Source of the DNA: an uncultured virus (IMG/VR IMGVR_UViG_3300036712_000025)
Taxonomy: Duplodnaviria > Heunggongvirae > Uroviricota > Caudoviricetes
IMG/VR virus record: IMGVR_UViG_3300036712_000025
Length of the DNA stretch: 64,000 bases
Reading direction: 5' to 3' (one strand)
Position numbers and translations under genes: made by a program. Of the stretch, positions 17,900 to 28,722 are shown in pieces (within the stretch, counting starts at the first letter, position 1; the number at the start of each line of letters is the position of its first letter). Below the pieces are notes generated by a model. That model was not told the DNA's origin, ran no database searches, and worked only from the letters and a program-made list of their open reading frames with translations.

Positions 17900-20441
17900 G
17901 GATGAGGAGATCGAGGCTGAAGTCTCTCGCTACGTGCAGAGCACGGTCAAGATCCAGACAGATCCTCTCGGTCCCGTGGACCTGGGGGCGAAGTTCACCG
18001 AGGTCATCGCACTCTTCTCTTCCACACTGACCTACGACCCGAACGCCATCTTCTACCTGATCTACCTGGCTACCAACCGGCTGAACAAGGCAGTGGCCAA
18101 CACCATCGAGTACGTGGAGGACATCGAGGACGCCGTCGCCGAGGTCAGCAAGACCACCAAGGACGTCAGCCGCACGACCCTTCTGGGGGACGCCGCGGCC
18201 GCGCTGCTGACGGTCGATCAGATCCTCACGAACAACAACGCCATCAGCAGCCGGGCCTTCGATCGCTACAAGCAGGCGATCAACGACTTCACCAGCGTCT
18301 CCCTGGCCCCGAACATCAAGGACGCCGGGGAGATTGTGCGTCCGCCGCAGCTGGCGCGCAGTGAGACCATCACCACCCTCAGCGATCTGTCAGACGCCTA
18401 CGGGGAGATCTTGGAGGTGCTCGCTCAGATCCAGCTGATGCTCGGGGAATTCCTCGCCCTGAACCTGGGCGTGGTGGCTATCCGGGACACCGTCCGCACA
18501 GCGCGGGAAGATCTGCGTGACCTGCAGGACTACTTCGACAGCACGACCAACACGCGGGACGACAAGATCGCCAAGTGCCGTGAGGCGTACCTGACGCTCA
18601 CGGCCGGCAAGTCGGTGCTGAACAACTTCACCACGGTGACCGACCCGACCGAGCCGCGCCTATCCTCCTCGAGCACGGTCATCGGTCAGCTGGCCGTGCC
18701 AGTCGGCGACCTGGGCGAGCTGGTGGCTCCCTCGGTGGAGTGCACAAAGTCCGGCCCCTGGGCCATCATCGCCAGTAACAACGAGCTGAAGATCGGAGAG
18801 GACGGCAACGCGTCTACTACCTACACGATCACTCCACCTTCCCAGCCGAGTCTGACCGGTGGGAACTACGGCCCGTTCGAAGTCGCACCTACGGTGGCAG
18901 ACCCCAGCGCGCAGCGTGACCGGATGGAGATCGACAGCCTGTCTCCGACCATCACGCTGACGGCGGGAGCTGGCCGGACAGCTGCCCAGATTGTATCGGA
19001 CATCAGCTCCTGGATCACAGCGAACTACCCAGGGGACTACAGCGCCTCGGTGTCCGCGGTCGGCGGCAAGAACTACGTCAAGATCACCAAGACGAAGAAC
19101 GGCATCCAGCGCCTCCGCATGACGGCGGACGATGCAACCGATCGTGACCGCATCATCGGGGCCTACGGGGTCCTGGGCTTCTACGAGGGCCAGGAGGATG
19201 ACAACGCCGGTGTATCTGCAGCGGAGGTCGCCGAGCTCATCAACGCTGTCGGCAAGGTCACTGCCACGGTCGAGACGACCACCTTCGAGGAAGGGACAGA
19301 CGATGGAGAGATCACCGGCACGGCCACGTTCAGGGTAGCCGCGGGAACATTCGCATCGCTCTCCCATGCTGATGACCAGCTGTTGATACGCTCCGGGGAG
19401 AGCGTGGGGTACCACAGGATCGTCTCTATCGCTACCGGAGGCGGGTACGATACGGTCACGGTGTCCACCTCGACGCCCTTCCATACCACCGAGACCGATC
19501 TCTCCTGGCTGGTACTCCGGGAGCTGCTGGTCATCACGTCCAAGTCCACAGGCTTGGACGCTGCTCTGGAGGTCGCCGCGGCCAACGGAAACACCACGCT
19601 CGGCTTCACTGTGGGCACTACCTACGGGACCACGACCGGGTTCGAGGTGATCAACGGCTCCGGGGTGGCCCTAGATCTAAGCCGCTACGATATCGTGGTG
19701 GATGATATCGTGCGGTTGGTGGACTCTACTGACACCGCCACGTTCCACACCATCATCGAGATCTCAGACGACAACAAGCAGGTCGAGCTGGACCCGCCGG
19801 TGAGCCTGGGGAGGACGATCACCGAGTTCAAGATCTACAGCGCCGCCGCGGTGGCCTACGAGGCCTTCATCGAAGACGTGGAGGCGTGGGATACCATGCG
19901 GGGGGCATCGGACTACGCGGAGGACATCAGCGAGCTCGAGCGGGTGATGAACCCTCTCCTGGTCAATAAGAATCCCTCCCGGGCCCAGGTGTCAGACGCG
20001 GAAGATGCGGTCGTGGAGTTGAAGGCACTGCTGACCAACACTTCGCCGCAAGGGCTCACGGAGGTGTTGACCGGCTTTGAAGTGGCGGCCGTCCCACGCA
20101 TCGATGCTGCCCTGCGCATGCTCGTAGAGCGTGGGCTGGACCGGGCCTACGACGAGCTGCTGGACGGGAACGTGGAAGGCTTCTTCGGCATGGACAAGGA
20201 CGACGCCGGTAGCGGATCCTACATGCTGAAACAGATGAGAACCGTTGTACAAAGCGACCTCCCAGTGTCCAAGCTGGAGGACGACGCGGATGATCTGATT
20301 CACGACGTTCTAGCAGAGGAGACGGATGCGGATTACGATTACAGCGATGAGGATGAGGACGAGAACATCGAAATCCTTGGGGAAGTGCCCGACTTTGATG
20401 ACGACGATATAGCTGACGAGACGAGCAGGATCAGGTACTGA
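17886..20441 (+). CDS. Large virion (baseplate-region) protein
   Basis: 851 aa; helical termini, beta-rich middle, acidic tail. Confidence 0.8.
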   Translation: MAGYKDEEIEAEVSRYVQSTVKIQTDPLGPVDLGAKFTEVIALFSSTLTYDPNAIFYLIYLATNRLNKAVANTIEYVEDIEDAVAEVSKTTKDVSRTTLLGDAAAALLTVDQILTNNNAISSRAFDRYKQAINDFTSVSLAPNIKDAGEIVRPPQLARSETITTLSDLSDAYGEILEVLAQIQLMLGEFLALNLGVVAIRDTVRTAREDLRDLQDYFDSTTNTRDDKIAKCREAYLTLTAGKSVLNNFTTVTDPTEPRLSSSSTVIGQLAVPVGDLGELVAPSVECTKSGPWAIIASNNELKIGEDGNASTTYTITPPSQPSLTGGNYGPFEVAPTVADPSAQRDRMEIDSLSPTITLTAGAGRTAAQIVSDISSWITANYPGDYSASVSAVGGKNYVKITKTKNGIQRLRMTADDATDRDRIIGAYGVLGFYEGQEDDNAGVSAAEVAELINAVGKVTATVETTTFEEGTDDGEITGTATFRVAAGTFASLSHADDQLLIRSGESVGYHRIVSIATGGGYDTVTVSTSTPFHTTETDLSWLVLRELLVITSKSTGLDAALEVAAANGNTTLGFTVGTTYGTTTGFEVINGSGVALDLSRYDIVVDDIVRLVDSTDTATFHTIIEISDDNKQVELDPPVSLGRTITEFKIYSAAAVAYEAFIEDVEAWDTMRGASDYAEDISELERVMNPLLVNKNPSRAQVSDAEDAVVELKALLTNTSPQGLTEVLTGFEVAAVPRIDAALRMLVERGLDRAYDELLDGNVEGFFGMDKDDAGSGSYMLKQMRTVVQSDLPVSKLEDDADDLIHDVLAEETDADYDYSDEDEDENIEILGEVPDFDDDDIADETSRIRY

Positions 20442-20788
20442 TGGCGACGAAGACGAAGAGCAAGGCCAGCACCAAGGCGAAGCAGACCCGCCTCAATCTC
20501 AAGATGCGGGAGGTGCTGGCCAGGTCCTATGCCTTTGTCCGCAGCCGGGAGTACACTGAGACTGTCGCCAACATCACCTACGAGGAGCTGCTGGACAAGG
20601 CCATCGATCGTATCGAGGGGACCAAGGGGAGGAGCGATGTTCGATCCACCCGGATGGACCGGGTGCAGAAGATCAAGAACGAGATCGAGAGTGCGGTGGA
20701 CACGGTGAAGAAGTTGCCGCCGAGCTACTGGGCTCTGGACAGCGACGACCGGATAGACCCGAAGGACGCTCAGAACACGGAGGAGTAG
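20441..20788 (+). CDS. Hypothetical protein
   Basis: TGATG overlap; 115 aa. Confidence 0.75.
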   Translation: MATKTKSKASTKAKQTRLNLKMREVLARSYAFVRSREYTETVANITYEELLDKAIDRIEGTKGRSDVRSTRMDRVQKIKNEIESAVDTVKKLPPSYWALDSDDRIDPKDAQNTEE

Positions 20789-21439
20789 ATGGACCTTCAG
20801 TTCATCCAGTTCAACGATGCGCTTGAGCTGACCGGCGCGCGGGAGATCCCGGACTACTACCCCAGGACGCTCGAGCTGACAGGGGTAGACCTGAGCAACG
20901 CCATCGAGGTTCTGATCAACGAGATCTCGTCACCCTCCTTTGTGATCGCCAGCAAGAAGGTCATCTATGCGGAGGTGCCAGAGGCCCTGACACGCTACGT
21001 GATCCGCAACATCTCGGTGTTGAGCTCCGACTTCACGGCCACCATCAGGAGCCGCATCCGCTTCCGGCTGGGGCAGGATCCCCAGAAGGCGACCGGCCTG
21101 AAGGCCATGATGCAGACCTTCCTGAAGATCTTGTTCACCACCTCCGGCACCGACGCCTTCGCGAAGAAGGTGGGTGGAAGCGGCTTGAAGAACATCGGCC
21201 GGAACTTCGACGTTGGGCAGAGCGCAACCATCGTGTCCGACTTCGCCATCTCAGTGCGGAGTGCGGAGTCCCAGATGAGGTCGCTGCAGGCCAAGCAGCC
21301 GCGGCTGGACGATGACGAGCGCCTGCTGTCGGCGAACCTCCTCAACGCCAAGTTCGATGTGAACCTCACGGCCCTCATCGCCCGTGTCGAGCTGATCGCA
21401 CAGTCCGGCCGGATGGCCATAGCGAACCTGGAGCTGTAG
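20789..21439 (+). CDS. Baseplate wedge/sheath initiator (gp25-like) protein
   Basis: QTFLKILFTTSGTD...GG pattern; immediately upstream of the baseplate J-like gene. Confidence 0.6.
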   Translation: MDLQFIQFNDALELTGAREIPDYYPRTLELTGVDLSNAIEVLINEISSPSFVIASKKVIYAEVPEALTRYVIRNISVLSSDFTATIRSRIRFRLGQDPQKATGLKAMMQTFLKILFTTSGTDAFAKKVGGSGLKNIGRNFDVGQSATIVSDFAISVRSAESQMRSLQAKQPRLDDDERLLSANLLNAKFDVNLTALIARVELIAQSGRMAIANLEL

Positions 21440-21441
21440 CA

Positions 21442-24400
21442 ATGCCGAGCGAAGAACTCAAAGATTTCGTAGAGGAGCGTCTCCGAGCCTATGACCCGGA
21501 CATCGATCTGACGGAAGGTTCGCCCGCGCAGGCCCAGGTGGTGGACCCCATCGTGAACCGGTTCGAGCCGGACCCGTTCGAGATGGACGTGTCCCTGTTC
21601 ATCCAGACGCGCCTGCAGCAGGAGTTTCCGAACACCAACTTCCGGGAGGGGTCTGGGATCTACGACCTGTTGGTGAAGGCAGACCAACTGCTGCTGGACC
21701 CGATCGCCCGGGAGGTGACACTCATCAAGCAGGGGCAGTCTCTGGCCAACCCCGAGCTACTGGCCGAGACGGAGATGGACGCCCTGGTGGCCAACATGTT
21801 CGTCGGTCGTACCACTGGTGGTCTGTCGACTGGCACCGTCCGGCTCTACTTCAACGCTCCCGTGGGCCTCAACATCAGCGTTGGCAACGTCTGCTACACC
21901 TCCAGCGGCCTCCGCTTCCTCCCGACCACGCTCCAGAGCATCTCAGCCGAGGCGATGGTCTTCAACCAGTCCGGCAACCTCTACTACTTCGACATCCAGG
22001 TGACGGCCGAGAGGGCCGGCTCCGAGTACAACATCGGCAAGGAAGAGATCGTCGGCATCACCAACCTCAACGCCGCTGTGCGGGTGACCAACCCCGAGCG
22101 GTTTGAGGACGGCCTGGACGAAGAGACCAACGATGAGCTGGTCGAGAAGGCAGAGGAGGCGATCACCGAGCGGTCCCTGGTCGTGGGCCGGGGCGTCTCC
22201 ACCAGGCTGCAGAACGAGTTCGAGAGCCTGGTCCACCTGCAGGTCGTCGGTATGTTCGACGAGGAGATGGGGCGGGACGTCATCACCGGCGGGGACCTCG
22301 GGCCGATCTTGTTGGACGGCGCCGACGGCTACACGGAGGATGACGACGACGGTGACAGCGAAACTCTCTACTTCAAGGTCCGTCACGGAACGCTCCCGCA
22401 AGATCCCTTCCTGAGCTTCTTCGGGGCAGCGGGAAGTACGGACGACGAGTACTACCTGACCTACAGCGAGAGCAAGTACGGCACGGATGGGGAGGTGCCC
22501 AGCGCGAATCTGGATCACTTCAAGTCGGCCACGGCGCAGTTCAAGTCCACAGATGTTGGTAGCGCCATCGTCACCCTGGACGCCCTGGCTGGCAACATCG
22601 GCCTGGCGGTCGTCACCGCCTACGTGGGTGTCGGTGAGGTGGAGATCAACCGCGTGGGTGTGACGGAGGCCCCCGGCATCACCTGGTTCCTGATCCGTCG
22701 GGCGGTGGACGTACAGATCGACTCGGTGATCGGCGCCAAGGAGCTGAAGCTCAAGACGGCCATCCCGGTGGACATGGAGGCCCTGACCTGGTCCGTCCGG
22801 AAGAAGATCCTCACCCTCTCCGACATCCCCGGCGGCATCATCTTCAGCGATGATGCGGCGGGGCTGGAGGTCAAGTCGGATGAGATCCACATCGGTGGGG
22901 CAGCGGACTTCTACGTGAGGGGGACCAGTGTGGAGGAGTCCGAGCTGGTCCTTCCCGCCATCGCCGATGAGACCCCGCTGGCGTCCGGGTTGAACATGAA
23001 GGGGGAGGTGGATGACCCCACCAACCCCGATCACAAGGAGTTCGTCTACGTCACAGGCAAGGACTGGCCCAACCTGGGCGTGAAGACCGGCTACTCTCTG
23101 GTCATCGAGTCTGGGGTGAACGCTGGCACCAAGACGATCCTCCGCACTGGCACCAAGCCGGCCACGATGGGAGGTTTCGGGCGGGAGTACCTCCAGATCG
23201 ATCCACCGCTCACGTCAACCGACCTGGCGATGCGCTACAAGATCGTGGACGACATCGACATCAACCTGCGGGAGCCACGGGTGATGCGGGGAGAGGGCAC
23301 AGACCTCCAAACCATCCAGCTCAGTGCCCAGGTCACCACCACCAGTGCAGTGGACTTCAGCGCCCTGGGGGCAGAGGAGGACGACACGCTCCGGCTGTTG
23401 GATGGTCAGGATGAGGGTGACTACAACGTGGAGAGCATCTCCGGGGTGGGGAACAAGTACCTCAACCTGGGGTCGCAGATGCGGTCCACGGCCAACAACA
23501 TCAGCTGGGAGCTGTTCAAGGCCTACGACGGTCTGGAGTTCCCTCTGGTCAGGATCACCAGCGTGGAGCTGCTCGACAGCTCGGACCAGCCCACGGGGGA
23601 CGCTGTCCCCTACGCAGACCCCGTGGATGCGCGGACGACTGCCTTCTCCAACGCTGGGCGCGGGACCAAGGTGAGCACGTCGGACGCCATCCTGGGCATC
23701 GTGGGGACGGCGGACTTGGATGGACTGACCTATCCCCTGGGTGCGTGTGTACTGGCTGTGTCGATCAACGGCGGCTCGGAGCAGGTGATCACTCTCACAG
23801 GCTCTACCAACAAGACCGACCTCATCAACAAGATCAACGCTGTCGTCTTCAACATCGGCGGCTACCTCGATGTGGACGGCGAGTCCCGACTGACCATCCG
23901 TTCCGGAGATCGGTGGCTGCGTGTCCTGCCGGAGGCTTCGAGCAGCAGCTACAGCCTCTCCACTGTGGGGCTCGACGCCCTGGGCGAGGACAACAGGCAG
24001 ATCAAGAGCCTCAACAACATCGCCGATTGGACCTCCGGCACCTACGACCTCAAGCCCATCAAGGACGTGGTCTACGTCAGGACGGGTGACAACATCGGGT
24101 ACCTCTACCTGATAGCCGTCGAGAGCTCGCCCAACAGGTTGCTGGCAGTGGGCTTCGATGAGGACGCCGGGCGCGTCCGGTTCCTCCAGCCCAACACGAA
24201 CATCTCCGTCGCAGCCGGCTCGCGCTCCTATGGCAAGGCCAGGCTCTACTTTCTCGACCCCACCAGCATCACTGTGCATGGGGCCTGGCGGCCGGCCCTC
24301 AAGAACACCACGGAGATCCCAGCCAATGCAGCCATCGAGGCGGCTGGTGGGACCATCGTGGCGGACGAATATCCACGGACCTACTTCACTGCGGAGATCG

Positions 24401-25794
24401 GCGGGACGAGGCTTCGGTTCTTCCCAGATCCGGACTTGAAGCGGCAGGTGCTGCCGTCCTCGTCCGAGGATGTCCCCAACAACCTGACCACGGACGGCAC
24501 CACGCGGGTCCAGTCGGATGATGCCCCCAGCGGCACTCTGGGGAAGAACTCCCGGGACTCGGTGATCGACTTCTTGCTCAGGGAAGTGCAGGTTGGAGAC
24601 CTGCTCGAGGTGGACTACCAGCCCATCCAGGGCACGGTGGACGTCAGGGACACCTCCGCCGGCGGCGCCATCGACTATGGCAATGCCACACACCCCCTGG
24701 CCGGCAAGACCCTGATCATGTCCATCGATGGGGCCCTGCCTCGGACGATCACCCTCACGGACCAGATCGAAGATGAGGATGATCTGGTGGACGAGATCAA
24801 CTCCGGCTTTGGTGTCTCGGACCTGGTGGACCTGGAGGAGATCTCTAGCGCCAAGTACCTGCGCTTCGAGGGAGACTTCGAGTTCACCCTGCACGGCAAC
24901 GGGACCGCGAACACGGTCCTGGGTCTGGGCACCTCGACTGTGGACAACGACGCGGACGCCAAACCGGCAAGCGTCTACTATACGATCCTCGGCGTGGGGC
25001 ACCCAACAGACCTGGAGGAGCACGGCTACCTGGTCCTCAGCGCCACTGCGGCTGCGGGACAGGCCCAGCACTTCAAGGTCTGGCGGGAGGGAGATCAACG
25101 CATCCACTCCACCGACATGCAGAACAACCTGGAAAACGGGTTGTATTACGTGGATGTGGAGCTGGTCTCGGAAGGCGTCGGGGACGACTGGAACCTCGAC
25201 CCCGGCGAGCTCATGGAGGTCTCCGGGCACGACTCGGATGGGTACAGGCTGAGCGTGGTGGACCCGAACCTCAGCTACTCCATCGAGGAGGAGCTGGTCA
25301 TCTCCATCAGCGGGCGCATCCTGACGGTGGGCTCGACAGACCGTCCTGACCAGGCAACGCTGCTGTCCGGGCAGAACATCCAGGTGAACTACGAGCGGTC
25401 GCCACTGGCGTCCTCCATCCAGAGCTTCGCCTCTTCCCAGCTCGAGCGGGTCCTGTGCGCCAGCCTCCTGGTCAGGCATCTGCAGCCCCACTACCTCAAC
25501 TTCGAGCTGACCTATCGAGGTGGATCTTCCGCCGACATCGTGGAGGGCGATGTCCAGGACTACCTGGACGGTCTCGGCCCGGACGATCGGGTGGAGGCGT
25601 CAGATCTGCAGGACCTGGCCAACCGGCGTGGTGCGGACTACGTCCAGAGTCCGCTCGAGCTGGTAGCCATCGTCCATGACGAGGAGCGGATGATCTCCGT
25701 CGACCGCTCGGAGAACTACGTCACCAAGGGCCGCTTGGCCACCTTCTTCGAGGGGGAGATCGTAGTGACGCGGGAGGAGAGTACAGTCCTCTAG
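21442..25794 (+). CDS. Baseplate wedge protein (baseplate J/gp6-like) with large insertions
   Basis: N-terminal EGSGIYDLLVK...MDALVANMFVGR...GTVRLYF...VTAERAGSEYNI...VTNPERFEDGLDEETNDEL typical of baseplate J; 1450 aa. Confidence 0.75.
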   Translation: MPSEELKDFVEERLRAYDPDIDLTEGSPAQAQVVDPIVNRFEPDPFEMDVSLFIQTRLQQEFPNTNFREGSGIYDLLVKADQLLLDPIAREVTLIKQGQSLANPELLAETEMDALVANMFVGRTTGGLSTGTVRLYFNAPVGLNISVGNVCYTSSGLRFLPTTLQSISAEAMVFNQSGNLYYFDIQVTAERAGSEYNIGKEEIVGITNLNAAVRVTNPERFEDGLDEETNDELVEKAEEAITERSLVVGRGVSTRLQNEFESLVHLQVVGMFDEEMGRDVITGGDLGPILLDGADGYTEDDDDGDSETLYFKVRHGTLPQDPFLSFFGAAGSTDDEYYLTYSESKYGTDGEVPSANLDHFKSATAQFKSTDVGSAIVTLDALAGNIGLAVVTAYVGVGEVEINRVGVTEAPGITWFLIRRAVDVQIDSVIGAKELKLKTAIPVDMEALTWSVRKKILTLSDIPGGIIFSDDAAGLEVKSDEIHIGGAADFYVRGTSVEESELVLPAIADETPLASGLNMKGEVDDPTNPDHKEFVYVTGKDWPNLGVKTGYSLVIESGVNAGTKTILRTGTKPATMGGFGREYLQIDPPLTSTDLAMRYKIVDDIDINLREPRVMRGEGTDLQTIQLSAQVTTTSAVDFSALGAEEDDTLRLLDGQDEGDYNVESISGVGNKYLNLGSQMRSTANNISWELFKAYDGLEFPLVRITSVELLDSSDQPTGDAVPYADPVDARTTAFSNAGRGTKVSTSDAILGIVGTADLDGLTYPLGACVLAVSINGGSEQVITLTGSTNKTDLINKINAVVFNIGGYLDVDGESRLTIRSGDRWLRVLPEASSSSYSLSTVGLDALGEDNRQIKSLNNIADWTSGTYDLKPIKDVVYVRTGDNIGYLYLIAVESSPNRLLAVGFDEDAGRVRFLQPNTNISVAAGSRSYGKARLYFLDPTSITVHGAWRPALKNTTEIPANAAIEAAGGTIVADEYPRTYFTAEIGGTRLRFFPDPDLKRQVLPSSSEDVPNNLTTDGTTRVQSDDAPSGTLGKNSRDSVIDFLLREVQVGDLLEVDYQPIQGTVDVRDTSAGGAIDYGNATHPLAGKTLIMSIDGALPRTITLTDQIEDEDDLVDEINSGFGVSDLVDLEEISSAKYLRFEGDFEFTLHGNGTANTVLGLGTSTVDNDADAKPASVYYTILGVGHPTDLEEHGYLVLSATAAAGQAQHFKVWREGDQRIHSTDMQNNLENGLYYVDVELVSEGVGDDWNLDPGELMEVSGHDSDGYRLSVVDPNLSYSIEEELVISISGRILTVGSTDRPDQATLLSGQNIQVNYERSPLASSIQSFASSQLERVLCASLLVRHLQPHYLNFELTYRGGSSADIVEGDVQDYLDGLGPDDRVEASDLQDLANRRGADYVQSPLELVAIVHDEERMISVDRSENYVTKGRLATFFEGEIVVTREESTVL

Positions 25795-26108
25795 TCCTCC
25801 GGGCCCTCCAGCAAGGGCACAGCAGATTCGAAGGCGTTCGCCACGTTCCCCATCTTGATCACCAGTCCGGTATGTGGGTCGAATAGACAGCCGCAGTTGT
25901 CACACTCCAGCTGATAGTAGGCCAACGGTTTCCCGGCCCGAAACAGGCGGTTGGGGTCTCCCGTCTTGGTCAGTGCGTTTCCACCACATTGTGGGCAGGA
26001 CTGGTCCTTGTAGAACTGGTCACGCTCTTGGGCCATAGGAGTGATGACATCTTTCTGCCCTTCTAGTAACTTGAGGGTGATCCTGGGGTCCATGGGCTTG
26101 AGGTTCAT
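25791..26108 (-). CDS. Zn-ribbon protein
   Basis: CPQCGG...CDNCG; occupies the only gap between + genes here. Confidence 0.7.
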   Translation of the reverse strand: MNLKPMDPRITLKLLEGQKDVITPMAQERDQFYKDQSCPQCGGNALTKTGDPNRLFRAGKPLAYYQLECDNCGCLFDPHTGLVIKMGNVANAFESAVPLLEGPED

Positions 26109-26147
26109 GAGCTCAGGTTAGCGCCACGAGATCGGAACTTCAATAGT

Positions 26148-26177
26148 TTGACCGTCTTGTGATGCGGGAAGTAGAAT
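26148..26177 (+). promoter_or_regulatory. Sigma-70-like promoter
   Basis: TTGACC (26148-26153), 18-nt spacer, TAGAAT (26172-26177) in a divergent intergenic region. Confidence 0.5.
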
Positions 26178-26207
26178 TCGGTCATACTGTTGGTCAAGGA
26201 GACGACT

Positions 26208-28712
26208 ATGCTAGATCAGGAAGGTCGGAAGCGGGCCAAGGATGTCGCTGCAATAGGAGGCCGCTTCCGAATCGTCCGCCATGATGTGAGCGGCATCAAG
26301 GGATCTGGTCCCGACGGCGAGGTACGCTTCGAGGACTTGTGGGAGATGGCCAAGGGCCGTGCATCCCAGCTCCGGAGCAAGTTTCGGGACAGGGTGAAGC
26401 AGGACCTGGTGTTCCACAACAAGTTCACCAAGCGTGGTCTCTCCTTCATCATGCTGGTCCTCCTCAGGGGACACAACTCGGTCACGGACGAGTCGTTGGT
26501 GGAAGGTTCGATCACCACTGATACCACGTCCAACCCGTTTCAGGCGCTCTTCCTGATGGCCGACAAGGTCGGCTACCCCGCCGACGCTAAAGTGACCTGG
26601 GACGAGAGCGATCTCGGCAACAACGCCAAGATCCCACCCGCCCCAACGCTCAACGTTGGCACGTCCCACACGCTGTACGAGGGACGTAGAGGGATTGACA
26701 CCGACAAGACCACCGACCCCGGCCTCAAGCGGATCACCAAGTCGTGGGTCTCTACCAACCCCTACGGCGAGATGGAGATGACCTTCTACTCGCCGAGCCC
26801 CATCGATTCTCTGGTCAAGGCTACTGGAGACCTGGACTTCAGCTCGGTCCCGGATGACGGGGACTACATCATCCTGGATGACGGCATCAACGACCCCGTG
26901 CGCATCGAGTTCGACAGTGACAATTCGATCACGGTGGGTGTCCCGGGGACCGACTACGCCACGAGGTGTGACATCACCGGCTCGCCCAGCGTGGACACCA
27001 TGGCCACCCGGCTGGCAGCGGTGATCCAGGGCATCGGCGACAAGCTCTACATCTCGGCAGCGGTGGACGACGTCAACCTCAGCCAGGTCAACCTGACCCA
27101 CGAGGCCGGAGGGTCGATCGGCAACCAGACCATCGATATCAGCAACGCCACCGGCCACTTCACCAAGAACGACATGGCTGGTGGCACTGACCCGTCGATG
27201 GACGACGACCAGATCACCAACTTCCCGATCAAGTCGGTAGGCTTCGCCAGGGACGTCAACTGCGGCAACGGCGAGACCCACAGCAAGAACGGCCTCCGCG
27301 CCATCGTCGGGCTGGCGCCGACAGATCAAGGCAAGGCCGACATCCTGTGGGTCCACGAGGCCGCGAACTTCATCCCAGCCACCCCGACGCTCACGGTGCT
27401 CCACCACTACATCGACGACAACGGAGCCAACCGCCAGACGATCACCAGCCAGAGCGGGGTGGATGGCTATGTGGCTCGCTCCGGGCCGTTCCCCGATCCC
27501 ACGCCCCCGACCATCGGGGGCGAGAAGGCCGATGACGTGCTAGCCACGTTCGGCAACGGCATCGCTATCACCGCGGCCACCAACCAGTTCGTGCTCGATG
27601 AGGCCGAGTGGCTCCAGCTCAGTACGCTGGGGTTCGATGAGACCCACATGCGGCTGGTGCTGCGCGTCACCAACTCGGCCACAGGAGGGAACAACAAGGA
27701 CTACCACATCCGGGAGATCATGGGCCCGAAGACGGTGCGGACCTTCGAGTCCCCGGCGGCGGATGACGACGACACGACCACCCCGGCTCTACAGGTCCAG
27801 CTGGTCCGGACCTACCAGGGCGCCAACGCCTTCGATGGTCATCTGGCCAACGAGGGCAAGACCGAGGCCCCGTCCAACCACAGCGACCCCCGGGGCACCG
27901 TGGTCAACGGTGAGAAGTGGGTCTCCCAGAACCTGGCCGGGCCGCACGTGATCGGTCGGGTGTGGGGAGCGTCCTCCAAGCAGGTCAAGCGCATCAGGAT
28001 CATCGCCCCACCGGGGGTGAGCCGGGAGTACCTGCCGGACGAGTTCCAGATCCAGTACCTCGACCCCACCAAGGTGGGCTCCCCTCCTGGTGACCTCCGG
28101 CCTGGGGACGAGACTCACTGGACGGACATCCCGGCTGGGGAGGGTGACTACACCTCTGGTGGTGAAGCGGTCGACCTCTACACAGCCGGGCAGTACGGCA
28201 AGGAGTACGTGTTCACCACAGCCACGCCGGCGTGCTACGGCATCCGGCTCAAGGACATCCGGTCGGAAGACGACACCCAGCGCGTGGAACTCGCTCAGCT
28301 CATGATCGGCGAGGAGGTTGGGGCGCCCGAGGGATTCCCGATCACCTTCAGCAACGATCGGCTCAAGTTCAGCGTGGACGGCGGGGCCACCGATCTTTAC
28401 GTGGACCTGCCGGACGTCTCTTCCACGTCCGACATGCAGGACCTGGTGGACGCTATCAACCAGGCGGTGGTCGGGTACGGGGTGGAGGCCGTACGTTCCA
28501 CCTTCGGTTTCTTGTGGTTCCGGGCTACGGTGCAGGGGGACAACAGCACCCTTCGGGTCTACGACTACGGGAAGTCCGGTTCGTTGGGTCTCACGTCCGG
28601 CGGTGATGTGAACCGGACAGGGGTCACCCAGTTCGTGAGGCAGCTCGTTAAGGACGCACTCACGATCATCTACCGCTTCAGTATGTGGGGCAACCGCCCG
28701 CAGGCTGTATAG
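26208..28712 (+). CDS. Large virion protein
   Basis: AAGGAG RBS and ATG at 26208; NKFTKRG motif; discoidin-like segment ANAFDG...W...PDEFQIQY...YGIRL. Confidence 0.8.
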   Translation: MLDQEGRKRAKDVAAIGGRFRIVRHDVSGIKGSGPDGEVRFEDLWEMAKGRASQLRSKFRDRVKQDLVFHNKFTKRGLSFIMLVLLRGHNSVTDESLVEGSITTDTTSNPFQALFLMADKVGYPADAKVTWDESDLGNNAKIPPAPTLNVGTSHTLYEGRRGIDTDKTTDPGLKRITKSWVSTNPYGEMEMTFYSPSPIDSLVKATGDLDFSSVPDDGDYIILDDGINDPVRIEFDSDNSITVGVPGTDYATRCDITGSPSVDTMATRLAAVIQGIGDKLYISAAVDDVNLSQVNLTHEAGGSIGNQTIDISNATGHFTKNDMAGGTDPSMDDDQITNFPIKSVGFARDVNCGNGETHSKNGLRAIVGLAPTDQGKADILWVHEAANFIPATPTLTVLHHYIDDNGANRQTITSQSGVDGYVARSGPFPDPTPPTIGGEKADDVLATFGNGIAITAATNQFVLDEAEWLQLSTLGFDETHMRLVLRVTNSATGGNNKDYHIREIMGPKTVRTFESPAADDDDTTTPALQVQLVRTYQGANAFDGHLANEGKTEAPSNHSDPRGTVVNGEKWVSQNLAGPHVIGRVWGASSKQVKRIRIIAPPGVSREYLPDEFQIQYLDPTKVGSPPGDLRPGDETHWTDIPAGEGDYTSGGEAVDLYTAGQYGKEYVFTTATPACYGIRLKDIRSEDDTQRVELAQLMIGEEVGAPEGFPITFSNDRLKFSVDGGATDLYVDLPDVSSTSDMQDLVDAINQAVVGYGVEAVRSTFGFLWFRATVQGDNSTLRVYDYGKSGSLGLTSGGDVNRTGVTQFVRQLVKDALTIIYRFSMWGNRPQAV

Positions 28713-28722
28713 GAGGCTGACG

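Noticed and set aside
23215..25491. 758-aa - strand ORF and similar long antisense ORFs (e.g. 4688..5875, 30560..32020)
   Set aside because: Shadow ORFs opposite well-supported genes; expected from high GC3 codon bias; no motifs.
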